Position numbers and translations under genes: made by a program. The notes under the pieces were generated by a model, which was not told where the DNA came from, made no database searches, and was given only the letters and a program-made list of their open reading frames with translations. A stretch of 64,000 bases of DNA from assembly GCF_009914755.1 (NCBI RefSeq), contig NC_060933.1; one strand, written 5' to 3'. The stretch's first letter is position 1. Each line of letters begins with the position of its first letter. Shown here in pieces: positions 45,092 through 64,000 of this stretch. The DNA is from the human T2T-CHM13v2.0 reference genome, Homo sapiens.

Positions 45092-45790
45092 TGAATAGCT
45101 AGGATTACAGGTGCATGCCACCACGCCTGGCTAATTTTTGTATTTTTAGTAGAGAACGGGTTTCACAATGTTGGTCAGGCTGGTCTCGAACTCCTGACCT
45201 CATGATCCGCCCACCTCGGCCTCCCAAAGTGCTGGGATTACAGGTGTGAGCCACCCGCCCAGCCTTAACATCTTTTTTTTAAGCTAGGGTTTCATTGTGT
45301 CGGCTAGGCTGGAGTGCAATGGCACAATCAGTGCTCACTACAGCTGCCTCCCAGGCTCAAGCAATCCTCCCACCTCACGCACTCCACCCCCCATAATTTC
45401 CCCCAATAGCTGGGAATACAGGCGCACAACACGACACCTGGTTAATGTTTTGTTTTTAGTACAAACAAGGTTCCGCCATGTTGCCCAGATTAATATTGAA
45501 CCCCCCGAGCTTAAGCAATTCCTCTGCTCAGCCTCCCAAAGCGCTAGGATTACAGGCATAAACCACAGTGCCCGGCCTATATCTTTCTTACTCTGCAAAT
45601 TTTTATTACTACTAAAACACTGCCAGAGATCCATTCTTTTCTTTCGTTGTTTTTTTTTTTTCTTTTTTTGAGACGAAGTCTCCCTCTGTTGCCTTGCAGT
45701 AGTGTGCTCTCGGCTCGCTGCAACCTCCGCCTCTTAGGTTCAAACAATTCTCATGCTTGGGACTACAGGCATGCCACCACGCCCTGCTAA

Positions 45791-45979
<189 letters not shown>

Positions 45980-46161
45980 TGAGACAGTCATGCTCTGCTG
46001 CTCAGGCTGGAGTGCAGTGGCGTGATCGCGACTCACTGCAACCTCCGCCTCCCAGGTTCAAGGGATTCTCTGCAACCTCCGCTTCCCAGGTTCAAGCGAT
46101 TCTCCGGCCTCAGCCTCCCCAGTAGCTGAGATTACAGGTGTTCGCCACCACACCCAGCTAA

Positions 46162-46416
<255 letters not shown>

Positions 46417-46435
46417 TAGTGTCTCAGCCTCTTGA

Positions 46436-46615
<180 letters not shown>

Positions 46616-47152
46616 TAGCTTTCTAACAATGAATACAAAGAAGTAAAACTATAGGGTCAAAGAAATGTCTACCAGTGTTAAAAGGAGTTTAAAACCATCT
46701 CCACAAAAATGCTCTGCACAAAGGCTATAAAGATATATACTCAACGAGCAGTAAATAAGAGAACCTGCCTCCTCAAAACCTTTCCCAAAACGGGCATAAT
46801 GAACTTTTTAAAAAAGCTTTTAAAACTTTTTAATTACTTAAAATGGTCTATATTTGGTGTAATTTTTATTTCTTAGCTCACTATTAAGACTGCAAAACCT
46901 CATTTCTACAAAAAAACAGAAAAACTAGCCAAGTGTGGTGGTAAGTGCTGTAGTCCCAGCTACCCCAGAGGCTAAGGTGGGAGGATCACCTTAGCCCGAG
47001 GAGGTCAAGGTTGCAGTGAGCCAAGATGGCGCCACTGCACTCCAGCCTGTGTGACAGAACAACCTGGTCACAAAAAAAGGAAAAAAAAAGGCCGGGCGCA
47101 GTGGCTCACGCCTATAATCCCAGCACTTTGGGAGGCCAAGGCGGGTGGATCA

Positions 47153-47425
<273 letters not shown>

Positions 47426-47517
47426 TCACGCCTATAATCCCAGCACTTTGGGAGGCTGAGTCAGGAGGAGACCAGCCTGGGCAACATAGTGAGACCCCCA
47501 TCTCTGTAAAACATTTA

Positions 47518-47682
<165 letters not shown>

Positions 47683-47741
47683 CTACACTAAAAATACAAA
47701 AATTAGCAGTGCGTGGTGGCACGAGCCTGAAATCCCAACTA

Positions 47742-47849
<108 letters not shown>

Positions 47850-49549
47850 TCAAGAAAAAAAAAAAAAAAAAAAATTAGCCAGGCATGGTGGCGCATACCT
47901 GTAGTCTCAGCTACCTGGAAGGCTGAGGTGTGAGAATCGCTTGAACCTGGGAGGCAGAGGGTGCAGTGAGCCTAGATCATGCCATTGCACTCCAGCCTGG
48001 AAGCCAGGGCAAGACCCTGTCTCAAAAAAAAAAAAAAAAAAAAAATCTGATAAAAGAATAACATATCTCTAAGTTTTTCTATTTCTTCTTTAAATTACAG
48101 AATTCAAGAAATAATAATTTAAAGAAAGTCCTATCACATATGAAAATGGAGTCTAAACTACAAGGAATATAAAACTTAACAATTAATGTCTCAAGAATAA
48201 CAGAGAATAAAACTGGGGAAATTTTTTTCCTGTAAAAAGGAAAGAGAAATGAAGAGATAAATAGGAATGGGAGAAAAGAAAGCAAAGTGTCAAACACTGA
48301 AGATAGGCAAAAGACAACCCAACTTAAAGCTATGGACAATAAGCCTCCAAAGAATAAAAATACAGTATAGATCCTTAAAACTAAAATTTAAGAAAAATGT
48401 CTGGAAAACAAACCAAAAAATGCATAAATATGTCAATGAAAATACACCGTCCTTGAGAATATCAATCCCTAAATAATCAGTCCACACTAAGACATTCTTA
48501 TTCTTTAGTTTAAGAACTGGACTCTGGCCAGGCGTGGTGGCTCATGCCTATAATCCCAGCACTTTGGGAGGCTGAGGCGGGCAGATCACTTGAGGTCAGG
48601 AGTTCAAGACCAGCCTGGCCACCACAGTGAAACCCCATCTCTACTAAAAATACAAAAAAATTAGCCGGGCATGGTGGCGTGCACCTGTAATCCCAGCTAC
48701 TTGGAAAGCCGAAGCAGGAGAATCGCTTGAACCCGGGAGGCCAGAGGTTGCAGTGAGCCGAGATCGCACCATTGCACTCCAGCCTGGGAGACAGGGTGAG
48801 ACTCATCTCAAAAAGAAAAAAAAAAAAAAAGAAGAAGAACTGGACTCTAAAAGAACAAACATCCACTGGACAACTAGGCAGAAATGTCAAGAGACACAGA
48901 AGAGAATGAAATTAGAATATCAACAAACTTGTCAAGAGCAATGCTTTGCGCAAGAAAAAATTAATATTTAAGATAGTCAGGTACAGCAGTTCACACCTGT
49001 AATTCCAGCAGTTCAGAAGGCTGAGGCAGGCAGATTGCTCGAGCTCAGGCGTTTGAGACCAGCCTGTGCAACACAACAAAACCCTTTACAAAAAAATACA
49101 AAAATTAACCAGTGTGGTGGCATGCACCTGTGCTCCCAGCTACTCAAGAGGCTGAGGTAGGAGGATTATCTGAGTCCAGGAGGTCAAGGGAGAAGGGAGC
49201 AGTGAGCATGACCGTGCCACTGCACTCCAGTCTGGGTGACAAAGTGAGACCTTGTCTCAAAAAAAAAAAGATAACGTAAAGAAAATGTGGGCCTAGCACT
49301 TAGAGCCAACAAAACTGATGTTCTACTCAAGTATAAAAGGTATAAATTGTGAACACCACCAAACACAAGGAATATTGTTCTCATAATTCCTTTCAGAGGA
49401 ATCAACAAAAGCAATGGGTTCAGACAATCAAAACGACTAGAGAAACTGACTTAAGTATTGACAGTGACTACTGAACATATTATTTACTAAATGGCCAAAG
49501 GAGAAGCATATACTATATAATGAGTACCTGAACAATGTAGACAGAGTAC

Positions 49550-51020
<1,471 letters not shown>

Positions 51021-51169
51021 TCAAAAACTCTGTCATCAGCTGGGTGCAGTAGCTCAGGCCTGTAATCTCAGCACTTTGGGAGGCTGAGGCAGACGGATCA
51101 CCTGAGGTCAGGAGTTCCAGACCAGCCTGGCCAACATGAGACCCCGTCTCAAAAATGTAATAAAATCAA

Positions 51170-51574
<405 letters not shown>

Positions 51575-52363
51575 TTAGGATAGCGGGGTGAATATATCTC
51601 TATCTCTATCGTTCTTTGCAACTTTTTTACAACTCTTAAAATTATTCCAAAATAATTTTTCCCTAAAAATTTGGTGTTTTGTTTTGTTTTTTTTTTGAGA
51701 CAGAATCTTGCTCTGTCGCCCACACTGGAGCACAGTGGCACAGTCTCAGCTCACTGCAACCTCTGCCTCCTGGGTTCAAGTGATTCTTGTGCCTCACCCT
51801 TCAAGTAGCTGGGATTACAGGTGCACACCACCACGGCCAGCTAATTTTTCTATTTTTAGTAGAGATGGGGTTTTGTAATGTTGGCCAGGCTGGTCTCGAA
51901 CCCCTGGCCTCAGGTGATCCACCCATCTCAGCCTCCCAAAGTGCTGGGATTACAGACGCAAGCCACCACACCTGGCCAAAAAGGTTTTTTTCTTATAAAT
52001 TTTTTAAAAAATATTTTTTATGGAGACAGGGTCTCGCTACTTGGCCCAGGATGGTCTTGAACTCCAGAGCTCAAACAATCCTCCCACCTCAGCCTCCCAA
52101 AGTGTTGAGATTACAGGTGTTAGCCACCATGTCCCGGTTCAAAATGTTTTTTTATTAATTGGTAAGCCAATAGATTCAAGCACTTATCCTACCATACAGT
52201 ATAAGAAGTTTGTAATTTTTGTAGAGACAGGTCTCACTACGTTACTCAGGCTGGTCTCGAACTCCTGGACTCAAGCAATCCTCCCACCTCTGCTGGGACT
52301 ACTGGAGTAAGCCACCATGCCCAGCAGGAAACAATCTATGTAAATATTCCATGTAACAAATGA

Positions 52364-52744
<381 letters not shown>

Positions 52745-52895
52745 TAATCCCAGCACTTTGGGAGGTCAAGGCGGGCAGATCACCTGAGGTCAGGAGTTTG
52801 AGACCATCCTGGCCAACATGGTGAAACCCCGTCTCAACTAAAAATAGAAAAATTAGCCAGTCATGATGGCGGGTGCCTGTAATCCCAGCTACTCA

Positions 52896-53090
<195 letters not shown>

Positions 53091-54825
53091 TCATTTAATT
53101 CACTTTGAAAAGCATTAAAAACTTAGATAAAATAATGGCTGGCTAAACAGATGTGATAAAACAAATAGAGCAAAAAGGTAATAGAACATATGGATATTGA
53201 CTGTACAACTCTCAACTTTTCTTCATCTGTGACCATTTTCATAATAAAGCATTGTGGGGAGGGATTTTGGCAGACAGAAAAGGAGTACAGGCGGCGGCTT
53301 GGGGTAGTAGATGTGTTAAACAGGAGCTACAACAAACATTTTTTTTTAAAAAGTAAAATTATGGATTACTTGTGGCTATCCACTCACTGCACAGTAAGTA
53401 TTATTATAAGAACATCCCTGGTTTCAAGACATTTCAGACAGAAACTACTTCATGCAGATATGTCAGAGTAGAAGATAAACCAAAGTCAGGGAGTATGGCT
53501 GAAATCTTTGTGGAAAAAGTATGAAAAAGTAATGGCAGAGTGGGGGAACCAGGAACAAATAATGACCCTAAAGGCAAGAATATTTAAACTTGAAAACTGC
53601 CTGAGAACAGCCAGTGCTTTGTAAACGTGCACAATTTACAAAACCAAAGAAACACCGACCCGATTAAAATATTAACAAACAAGCACTTGATGGGTGAAAG
53701 AATCTCACCAAATATTTCAAGCAGAATAGTTATTAATAATCGCATTTTGCTGTAGGGGGCAGTCTGGGGCTTATATATGTTTCTACATTATCATTCTGAT
53801 ACTGTTTCACCCATACATTTCTAACTATAAAGTCACTATTCATTGCCATATGTAAGGTAAATGCCAATGACTGATTTATTCAGACTTAGCTTTTTCAGCT
53901 TAAGTATTATATGACACAAATACTGTATTTCTCTTCAGTAATATCTTTTTTATTCATAAAAGGGATAAACAGACTACTTCTGAAAGCATAGCCAATACAC
54001 ATAATAGTCATTTAACAATAACAATATAGTAACACTAGTGCTAGCATATTTATGAAAATAAATTTTAATGAGAACTTTAAGTATTTTTTTTAACTTTATA
54101 AAATACCCTGAGTCAAGAAAAAAATAATTTTCTTTGATAAACAATTCAATAAATATTTGATAAACAAAGCACCAAACATAAGAGTATAATAGGGAAGTTA
54201 CCAGGCTGAGCTCTAGGAAGTGTCAAGAGGTCGGTACAGCTTGGGAAAAAAGAGGAAAAATCAGGATCAACTGGTAATTCTTAAGTTAAACAAGGTCAGT
54301 GCACCCTCCCCTGCAATAAACATTAGTGACATACACTAGGTCACATCTCAAGTTGAAAAATATCTTGCCAAGAAAAGTAGCATCACTACAGCTCTTCCTC
54401 TGGATCTCTTATCCATTCATATGGCTTATTACGAACTAAGCTGCTTTCACAGTGGAAAATGTGAAATTTTTCAAATGAATCCAAATTTTTTTTAATTAGA
54501 GCTGTCACCCAGAAAAAAATTGGAAATAATAATAAAGTAGGATTATTTATGCCCACCACCAAAGATAAACATTATTAACAGTCTACTAAGCCTGTACTCA
54601 TTAATGTTCAACAGTTTTGCATTAACTTTACATATTTTTTTCAGTTGATCAGGAAGTATACCTTTTCTAAGACATTTTATATCATAATTTTCAAATATTC
54701 TTATAATCACTTCATAATTGTGGAATGTTCACATAATTTTGTGGAATTTTCACATAAATTCACAAGAGAGTTGACATCTGAATACAATGTATATTCCACA
54801 ATCTAATTAGCTAAAAAGGACATTA

Positions 54826-55074
<249 letters not shown>

Positions 55075-55846
55075 CTACAGCCTGGGCATCAAAGTAAAAC
55101 TATCTCAAAAAAAAAAAAAAGGCATTATGAGGACCATTGAAAAAATATAAGTATGGTCTGTAGATGTTCTGATTTTTTATAATTGTACTGTAATTATGTA
55201 AAAAGATCCTTGTTTTTTAAAAAACACTGAGGTATTAAGTGAAGAAGAACCTTATTCACAACTACTTGTCAAACGTTTCTGGGAATAAACTGTAGGGAAA
55301 GGAAGAGAACAGGATAAAGTAGATGTGACAGAAATGTTAAAATCTGGGGAATCTGAAAAAAGGGTATTCAGTAATTATTAATATTCCCATTGCAACTTTT
55401 CCGTAAATCTCACAATGTATTTTTTTTTTTTTTAAATTGAGGTTCACGGTCAGGCCCAGGGGCTCACACCTATAATCCGGGCAGTTTGGGAAGCTGAGGT
55501 GGGCAGATCACCTGAGGTCAGGAATTCAAAACTGACTAACCTGGCCAACATGGTGAAACCCCTCTCTACTAAAACTACTAAAATTAGCCGGGTGTGGTGA
55601 TGTACAAGTGTAGTCCCAGCTACTCTGGAGGCTGAGGCAGGAGAATCACTTGAACCCAGGAGGCACAGTTGCCGTTAGCCGAGATCAAGCCACTGCACTG
55701 CAGCCTGGGCAACAGAGTGAGACTCTAGCTCAAAAAAAAAAAAAAAAAAAAAAAGAAGTTAAAGGAGATTTAAGTAACTCATCTAATTACTAAGTGCTAG
55801 ACCCAGGACAAAAATCCTGGTTTATACGGATTCAAAAGAACTCTCA

Positions 55847-55981
<135 letters not shown>

Positions 55982-56164
55982 TTAGCCAGGCGAGGTGGAG
56001 GCAGAGGTTGCAGTGAGCTGACATCGCACCATTGCACTCCAGCCTGGACAACAAGAGCAAAACTCCGTCTCAAAAAATAAAAAACTCTCTTTCATCATGC
56101 AACCTGAATAGGTTATCTCAGAACACCTCTAACATAACACTGGACATTTAAAATTGAGTAATTA

Positions 56165-56591
<427 letters not shown>

Positions 56592-56877
56592 CTAGTGTTT
56601 AAAAGAAAAAAATTTAAAAGGGCCAGGTGCAGTGGCTCACACCTGTAATCCCAACACCTTGGGAGATCAAGGGGGGGACAGGTCACTTGAGGTCAGGAGT
56701 TTGAGACCAGCCTGGCCAACATGGTGAAACTTCATCTCTACTAAAAATGCAAAAAAGTTAGCCGGGCATGGTGGCTCACGCCTGTAATCCCAGCTGCTGG
56801 GGAGGATAAGACAGGAGAATCGCCTGAACCCCAGAGGCGGAGGTTACAATGAGCCAAGATAGAGTAACTGCACTCTA

Positions 56878-57409
<532 letters not shown>

Positions 57410-58664
57410 TCAACTATAAAAGGAGGACCTAGCCTAAAACCTCCAAATTTTTCCATCACTGGACTAGATCAGTTTGTGAATAAATTCCTATCAGAGTAAG
57501 TGTATTTAGGATCAAGCACTGAGTAGCAGAGATATCTGTCTGTTAATACCAGCAGAATACTACACTAACTTTATACTGAAAAATGTAACGCAACACTTAA
57601 ATCTCCTCACTATGTCCCCTAACATCAACAGGGCACTTGGGTATAAATGAGTGATTTTAAGAAGCACTTTTAATTAACTATCAAAGTATAGTCAAATCAA
57701 TCTGCAAGTAAGACAAACTGGATATAGTTTACTTACTTGCATATTGCCTATGAAAAAGGGTTTGCCAATCTAGTCAATAACATGTATATAATGCTTAATT
57801 TTGCACCAGGTACTGTGCTTAGCACTTATCTCACTTCACTTAAAATAATAATATAACCAAATTGAGGAGGAGGGAGTATTTAACATTAAAAATTTTATTC
57901 AAATGGGTCTTTGTTTTATTGAGACAGAGTCTCGCTCTGTTGCCCAGGCTTGAATGCAGTGGTGTGATCTTGGCTCACTGCAACCTCTGCCTCCCGGGTT
58001 CAAGCAATTCTCCCTGCCTCAGCCTCCCGACTAACTGCCATTACAGGCACCCACTACCATGCCTGGCTAATTTTCGTATTTTTTTTTTTAGTAGAGACAG
58101 GGTTTCACCATGTTGGCCAGCCTGGTCTCGAACTCCTGATCTCAGGTGATCTGTCCACCTCGGCCTCCCAAAGTGCTGGAATTACAGGCATGAGCCACTG
58201 CGCCCGGCCTCAAGTGGATCTTGATCATTAAAAGCCATTCTAAGATTCAAGCACTCTTCCTTGTGCTTTGAAGAAAAGGCAGGTTTTTGCTTTTTTGTTG
58301 AGCCAAGGTCTCACTCTGTCACCCAGGCTGGAGTGCAGTAGCATCATCATAAGTGATCCTCCCACCTCAGCCGCCCAAGTACCTGGGACTACAAATGGAA
58401 GCCATCATGCCCAGCTACTTTTTAAACTTTTTGTAGAGACAAGGTCCTCACTATGTTGCCCAGCCTGCTCTTAATTCCTGGGCTCAAGCAACCCTTTTGC
58501 CTCAGCCTCCCAAAGTGTTGAGATTACAGACATGAGCCACTATGCCCAGCAAAGGCAGCTTTTTAAAGTCTATTGTAATTCAGGTATTTTACTACTTCAG
58601 ACTATTAGTTCTCCATCTACCTTGGATTTTCATATTTCATTCCAAGGACACACTTAAATTAATA

Positions 58665-58859
58665 GAAGGGAGAAAAGGGAGAGGAGATGATGATGAAGCA
58701 GCGGGGAAGGAGGAGGAAGGGAAGCAGAGCAAGGTGAAAGGGGAGAGGAGGAGGAGGAGGAGGAAGAGGAGGAATAGAAGGAAGAGGAGGAATAGGAGGA
58801 AGAGGAGGAGGAAGAGGAAGGGGAGGAAGGGGAGGAAGAGGAGGAAGAGGAGGAAGAGA

Positions 58860-58890
<31 letters not shown>

Positions 58891-58958
58891 GGCAGCAGCG
58901 GCGGCGGTGGTGGTGGTGGTGGTGGTGGTGGTGGTGGTGGTGGTGGTGGCAGTGGCAG
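58665..58958. repeat. Compound (GAG/GAA)n-(GCA)-(GCG)-(TGG)14 trinucleotide repeat
   Basis: Directly visible; (TGG)14 at 58908-58949. Confidence 0.95.
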
Positions 58959-59585
58959 CCTAATAGCTAAGAGGTACCTGGAAAAGGTTAGCATTAAAGA
59001 GTTCTCATGGAACAACATCCAATTGTACCTGAATCAAGTACAATACCTCTTTCCTTACTATTCTTCATTACCTACTTTTTATTTTTTATTTATTTTATTT
59101 TTTTTTTTAGGAAGGAGTCTCGCTTTGTCACCCAGGCTGGAGGGCAGTGGCGTGATCTGGGCTCACTGCAACCTCTGCCTCCTGAGTTCAAGCGATTCTC
59201 CTGCCTTAGCCTCCCGAGAAGCTAGGATTACAGGCGCACACCACCACGCCCAGCTAATTTTTGTATTTTCTTAATAGAGGCAGGGTTTCACAATGTTGGC
59301 CAGGCTAGTCTCAAACTCCTGACCTCAAGTGATCCACCCACCTCGGCCTCCCAAAGTGCTGGGATTACAGGCGTGAGCCACCGCACCCGGCCATCACCTA
59401 CTGTTTAAACAAAGGGTCCAAAATCCTAAAGTTTCCTACAAAGGAAAACATTAAATCATATGCTCTCCCTTAATTTCCTTAATTCTAAACAAGGCAAACA
59501 AGAGTTCCACATACCCTAAAACTTCAAGTATAATAATAAAAGAAAAAAAAGGAAAAAAAAAAAAAAGAGTTCCACAAAAACTTAC

Positions 59586-59684
59586 CTGTACCACTTGTTT
59601 CTGTGGTTGCGTTGATTGTGCTGCTGAAATCTGTGGTTTTTCCTGAGCACCTCGACAATGGTCACTGCTCACTGAAGTCATCAT
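59586..59684 (-). CDS. UBAP2: UBAP2 exon 2 CDS (99 nt, aa 1-33, MMTSVSSDHCRGAQEKPQISAAQSTQPQKQVVQ)
   Basis: ATG at 59684; donor CAG|GTAAG at 59585; phase 0. Confidence 0.96.
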
Positions 59685-59725
59685 ATACAGTATATACAAA
59701 ATAATGTATGTACAAAATAGAAAAT
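59685..59725 (-). other. UBAP2: UBAP2 exon 2, 5' UTR portion (41 nt)
   Basis: Acceptor ctttcttgcag| at 59726-59727, followed by 41 U-rich nt before ATGATG. Confidence 0.85.
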
Positions 59726-60352
59726 CTGCAAGAAAGTAGGGATGGTAAGCAAAACAATCATAGTAAAAGATAAGCATGTACTTCAGAGAAAACAAGGACA
59801 CTTACAATAAAAGATAAAAGCTCTCTGGAATACAAATTCTCAAGAAGTAGCCCTTGAGGATTTTACATTTTGCTGGTATCTGTTAAACCAATTCGACTAC
59901 TGCAATCTAAGTCTATGGTTTACGAGCTTAGCAATTCTAAACAAAAATCTCAAGTACCACCAATTTTAACCAGCAACCATTTTATCACTACATGTAGTCA
60001 CTGTACATGAAGTGCTATCTGCCTCTTACTACTTGCAGTTGCTATTTGAACCCCAAAACAACATTGCACCCAGCCAAGATTTTACCTGCCAATAGCCCAA
60101 TTTAAAATGTGTCAAGAAACAGGCTATGCCTAAAAGCAAAAGTCAGCTGTAAATAATAAATCTTAAAGAAACAATTGTGTGGCCGGGTGCGGTGGCTCAC
60201 GCCTGTAATCCCAGCAATTCACGAGGCCGAGGCAGGCAGATCATGAGGTCAGGAGATCGAGACCATGCTGGCTAACACAATGAAACCCCGTCTCTACTAA
60301 AAATACAAAAAAGTTAGCCGGGCATGGTGGCAGGCATCTGTAGTCCCAGCTA

Positions 60353-60460
<108 letters not shown>

Positions 60461-60724
60461 TCAAAAAAAAAAAAAAATTGTGCATATAATTTTCTTTGAT
60501 TTGTTGAACAAACATTTATTGACTAGCTACTAAGTGTCAAGCACATAATTAAGTATGTCATCAAAACATGATTCTAAGCTGGGCACGGTGGCATGCACCT
60601 GCAATCCCAGCTATTTTGAGGCTAAGATGGGAAGACTGCTTGAGCCCAAGAGTTTGAGACCAGCCTAGACAACACTGTAAGAACAACTCCACCTCAATTT
60701 AAAAAAAAAAAAAAATTATAACCA

Positions 60725-62227
<1,503 letters not shown>

Positions 62228-62265
<38 letters not shown>
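62228..62265. repeat. (AC)19 microsatellite
   Basis: Directly visible. Confidence 0.95.
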
Positions 62266-62270
<5 letters not shown>

Positions 62271-62717
62271 GAAAAACATGTAGCAATGCCTTAAAAGTTA
62301 AATTTCCAAAATGGAATTCTCCACAGAGGAAATATACCCATCAATCAGAAACAAACTGTTTATGCAAACAATTCCACTCTTACGAAGCTCCTAGAACAAA
62401 CAAAACAAAAACAAATGTGCAGCCGGTCGCGGTGGCTCATATCTGTAATCCTAACACTTTGGGAGGCTGAGGCAGGCAGATCACGAGGTCAGGAGTTCGA
62501 GACCAGCCTGACCAACATGGTGAAACCCCATCTCTACTAAAAATACAAAAATTAGCCAGGCATGGTGGCAGACGCCTGTAATCCCAGCTACTAGGGAGGC
62601 TGAAGCAGGATAATTGCTTGAACCTGGGAGGCGGAGGTTGCAGTGAGCCCACTGCACTCCAGCTTGGGTGACAGAGGGAGACTCCATTATTTAAAAAAAA
62701 AAAAAAAAAAAACTAAG

Positions 62718-62856
62718 AGATAAACACACACATTAGTCTAGGCCTACACAGGGTCAGGATCATCAATACTACCGTCTTCCATCTCCACATCTGTCCCACT
62801 GGAAGGTCTTCAGCGCAATAACACATAGAGCTATCATCTCCAATGATAACAATGCA
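62718..62856 (+). mobile_element. Tigger3-like DNA transposon fragment
   Basis: cacattagtctaggcctacacagggtcaggatcatcaat...cccactggaaggtcttcag. Confidence 0.7.
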
Positions 62857-62925
62857 GAGCCAATGATTTTTTTTTTTTTAAGACAGAGTCTCACTCCATC
62901 ACCCAGGCTGGAGTGCAACGAATAG

Positions 62926-63045
<120 letters not shown>

Positions 63046-63136
63046 TAGTAGAGATGGGGTTTGGCCATGTTGGTCAGGCTGGTCTCAAACTCGTGGCCTC
63101 AGGTGATCCACCAGCCTTGGCCTCCCAAAGTGCTGA

Positions 63137-63382
<246 letters not shown>

Positions 63383-64000
63383 TAGTAGAGACGGGGTTTC
63401 ACCGTGTTAGCCAGGATGGTCGCGATCTCCTGACCTCGTGATCCACCCGCCTCGGCCTCCCAAAGTGGTGGGATTACAGGACCCGGCCGGAATTCTGTTT
63501 TCTAGAACGGTCAGTTTTAGACACCCAAAAGCAAGCATTCCCATGATGTGGAAAGATATTCCACTATTTGTAAATCTTATACATTTCAGATTAATAAAAT
63601 GACATTACAACATTTCTACATATTTTTGATCTGTGTATCATAAAATAAAATAGAGGAGACTAACCATAATTCATCATACTAATTCAGGTACCAAAGAAAA
63701 TTGTGTCCCTGAAACCTATTTTAGCCAGAAAAGGTCTGACAAGCATTTTTCTGTGTTAGCTGCACTAATATTAACTTATTTTTTCAACAGCTTCATTAAC
63801 TGGCTTGCTAAAGGCCACAGACATATTATTGTACTGCCTTTTACATTATAGTAACAACCAATTATCTAGAATTTCTCACAGCCTCAATACACTGGTTTAA
63901 AACTTTTTACTGCATTTGAATCTGCCTCTCCAGTCAGTATGAATACACATTTTGCATCCTTTTTCAGTTTAACAACTTTATAATTTTGTTGGTTTGGGTT

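Noticed and set aside
58542-59018. Poly-Arg/Trp (+) and poly-Pro (-) ORFs
   Set aside because: Open only because the trinucleotide repeat lacks stop codons
59685-59801. Upstream in-frame extension of the exon 2 ORF (MSLFSLKY…)
   Set aside because: Crosses the acceptor at 59726 into intron 1; the true start is ATG 59684

Overview
Human (primate) genomic DNA, very Alu-rich, lying entirely inside the UBAP2 gene on the minus strand. I reconstructed nine exons by hand (exon 2 with the start codon through exon 10). All have GT-AG boundaries and splice into one open frame of 798 nt, encoding residues 1-266 (UBA domain, RG/RGG region). Exon 1 lies beyond the right edge and exon 11 onward beyond the left edge. 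The introns carry a processed OSTC (DC2) retrocopy with a near-intact ORF, a U7 snRNA retrocopy, a probable ERV1 solo LTR, L1/L2/MIR/DNA-transposon fragments, dozens of Alus and several simple repeats. Almost every entry in the ORF track is an Alu, L1 or microsatellite artefact. I found no evidence of a new protein-coding system. The best leads are RNA-level: (1) three tandem Pumilio-element-like motifs abutting the start codon; (2) a ~96% identical, template-switch-derived inverted duplication bracketing exon 6; (3) an exon 7+8 circle that would be a stop-less ORF; (4) two 62-nt candidate poison exons in intron 6, one with a donor-dead tandem duplicate nearby. Repeat boundaries are approximate and were read by eye.
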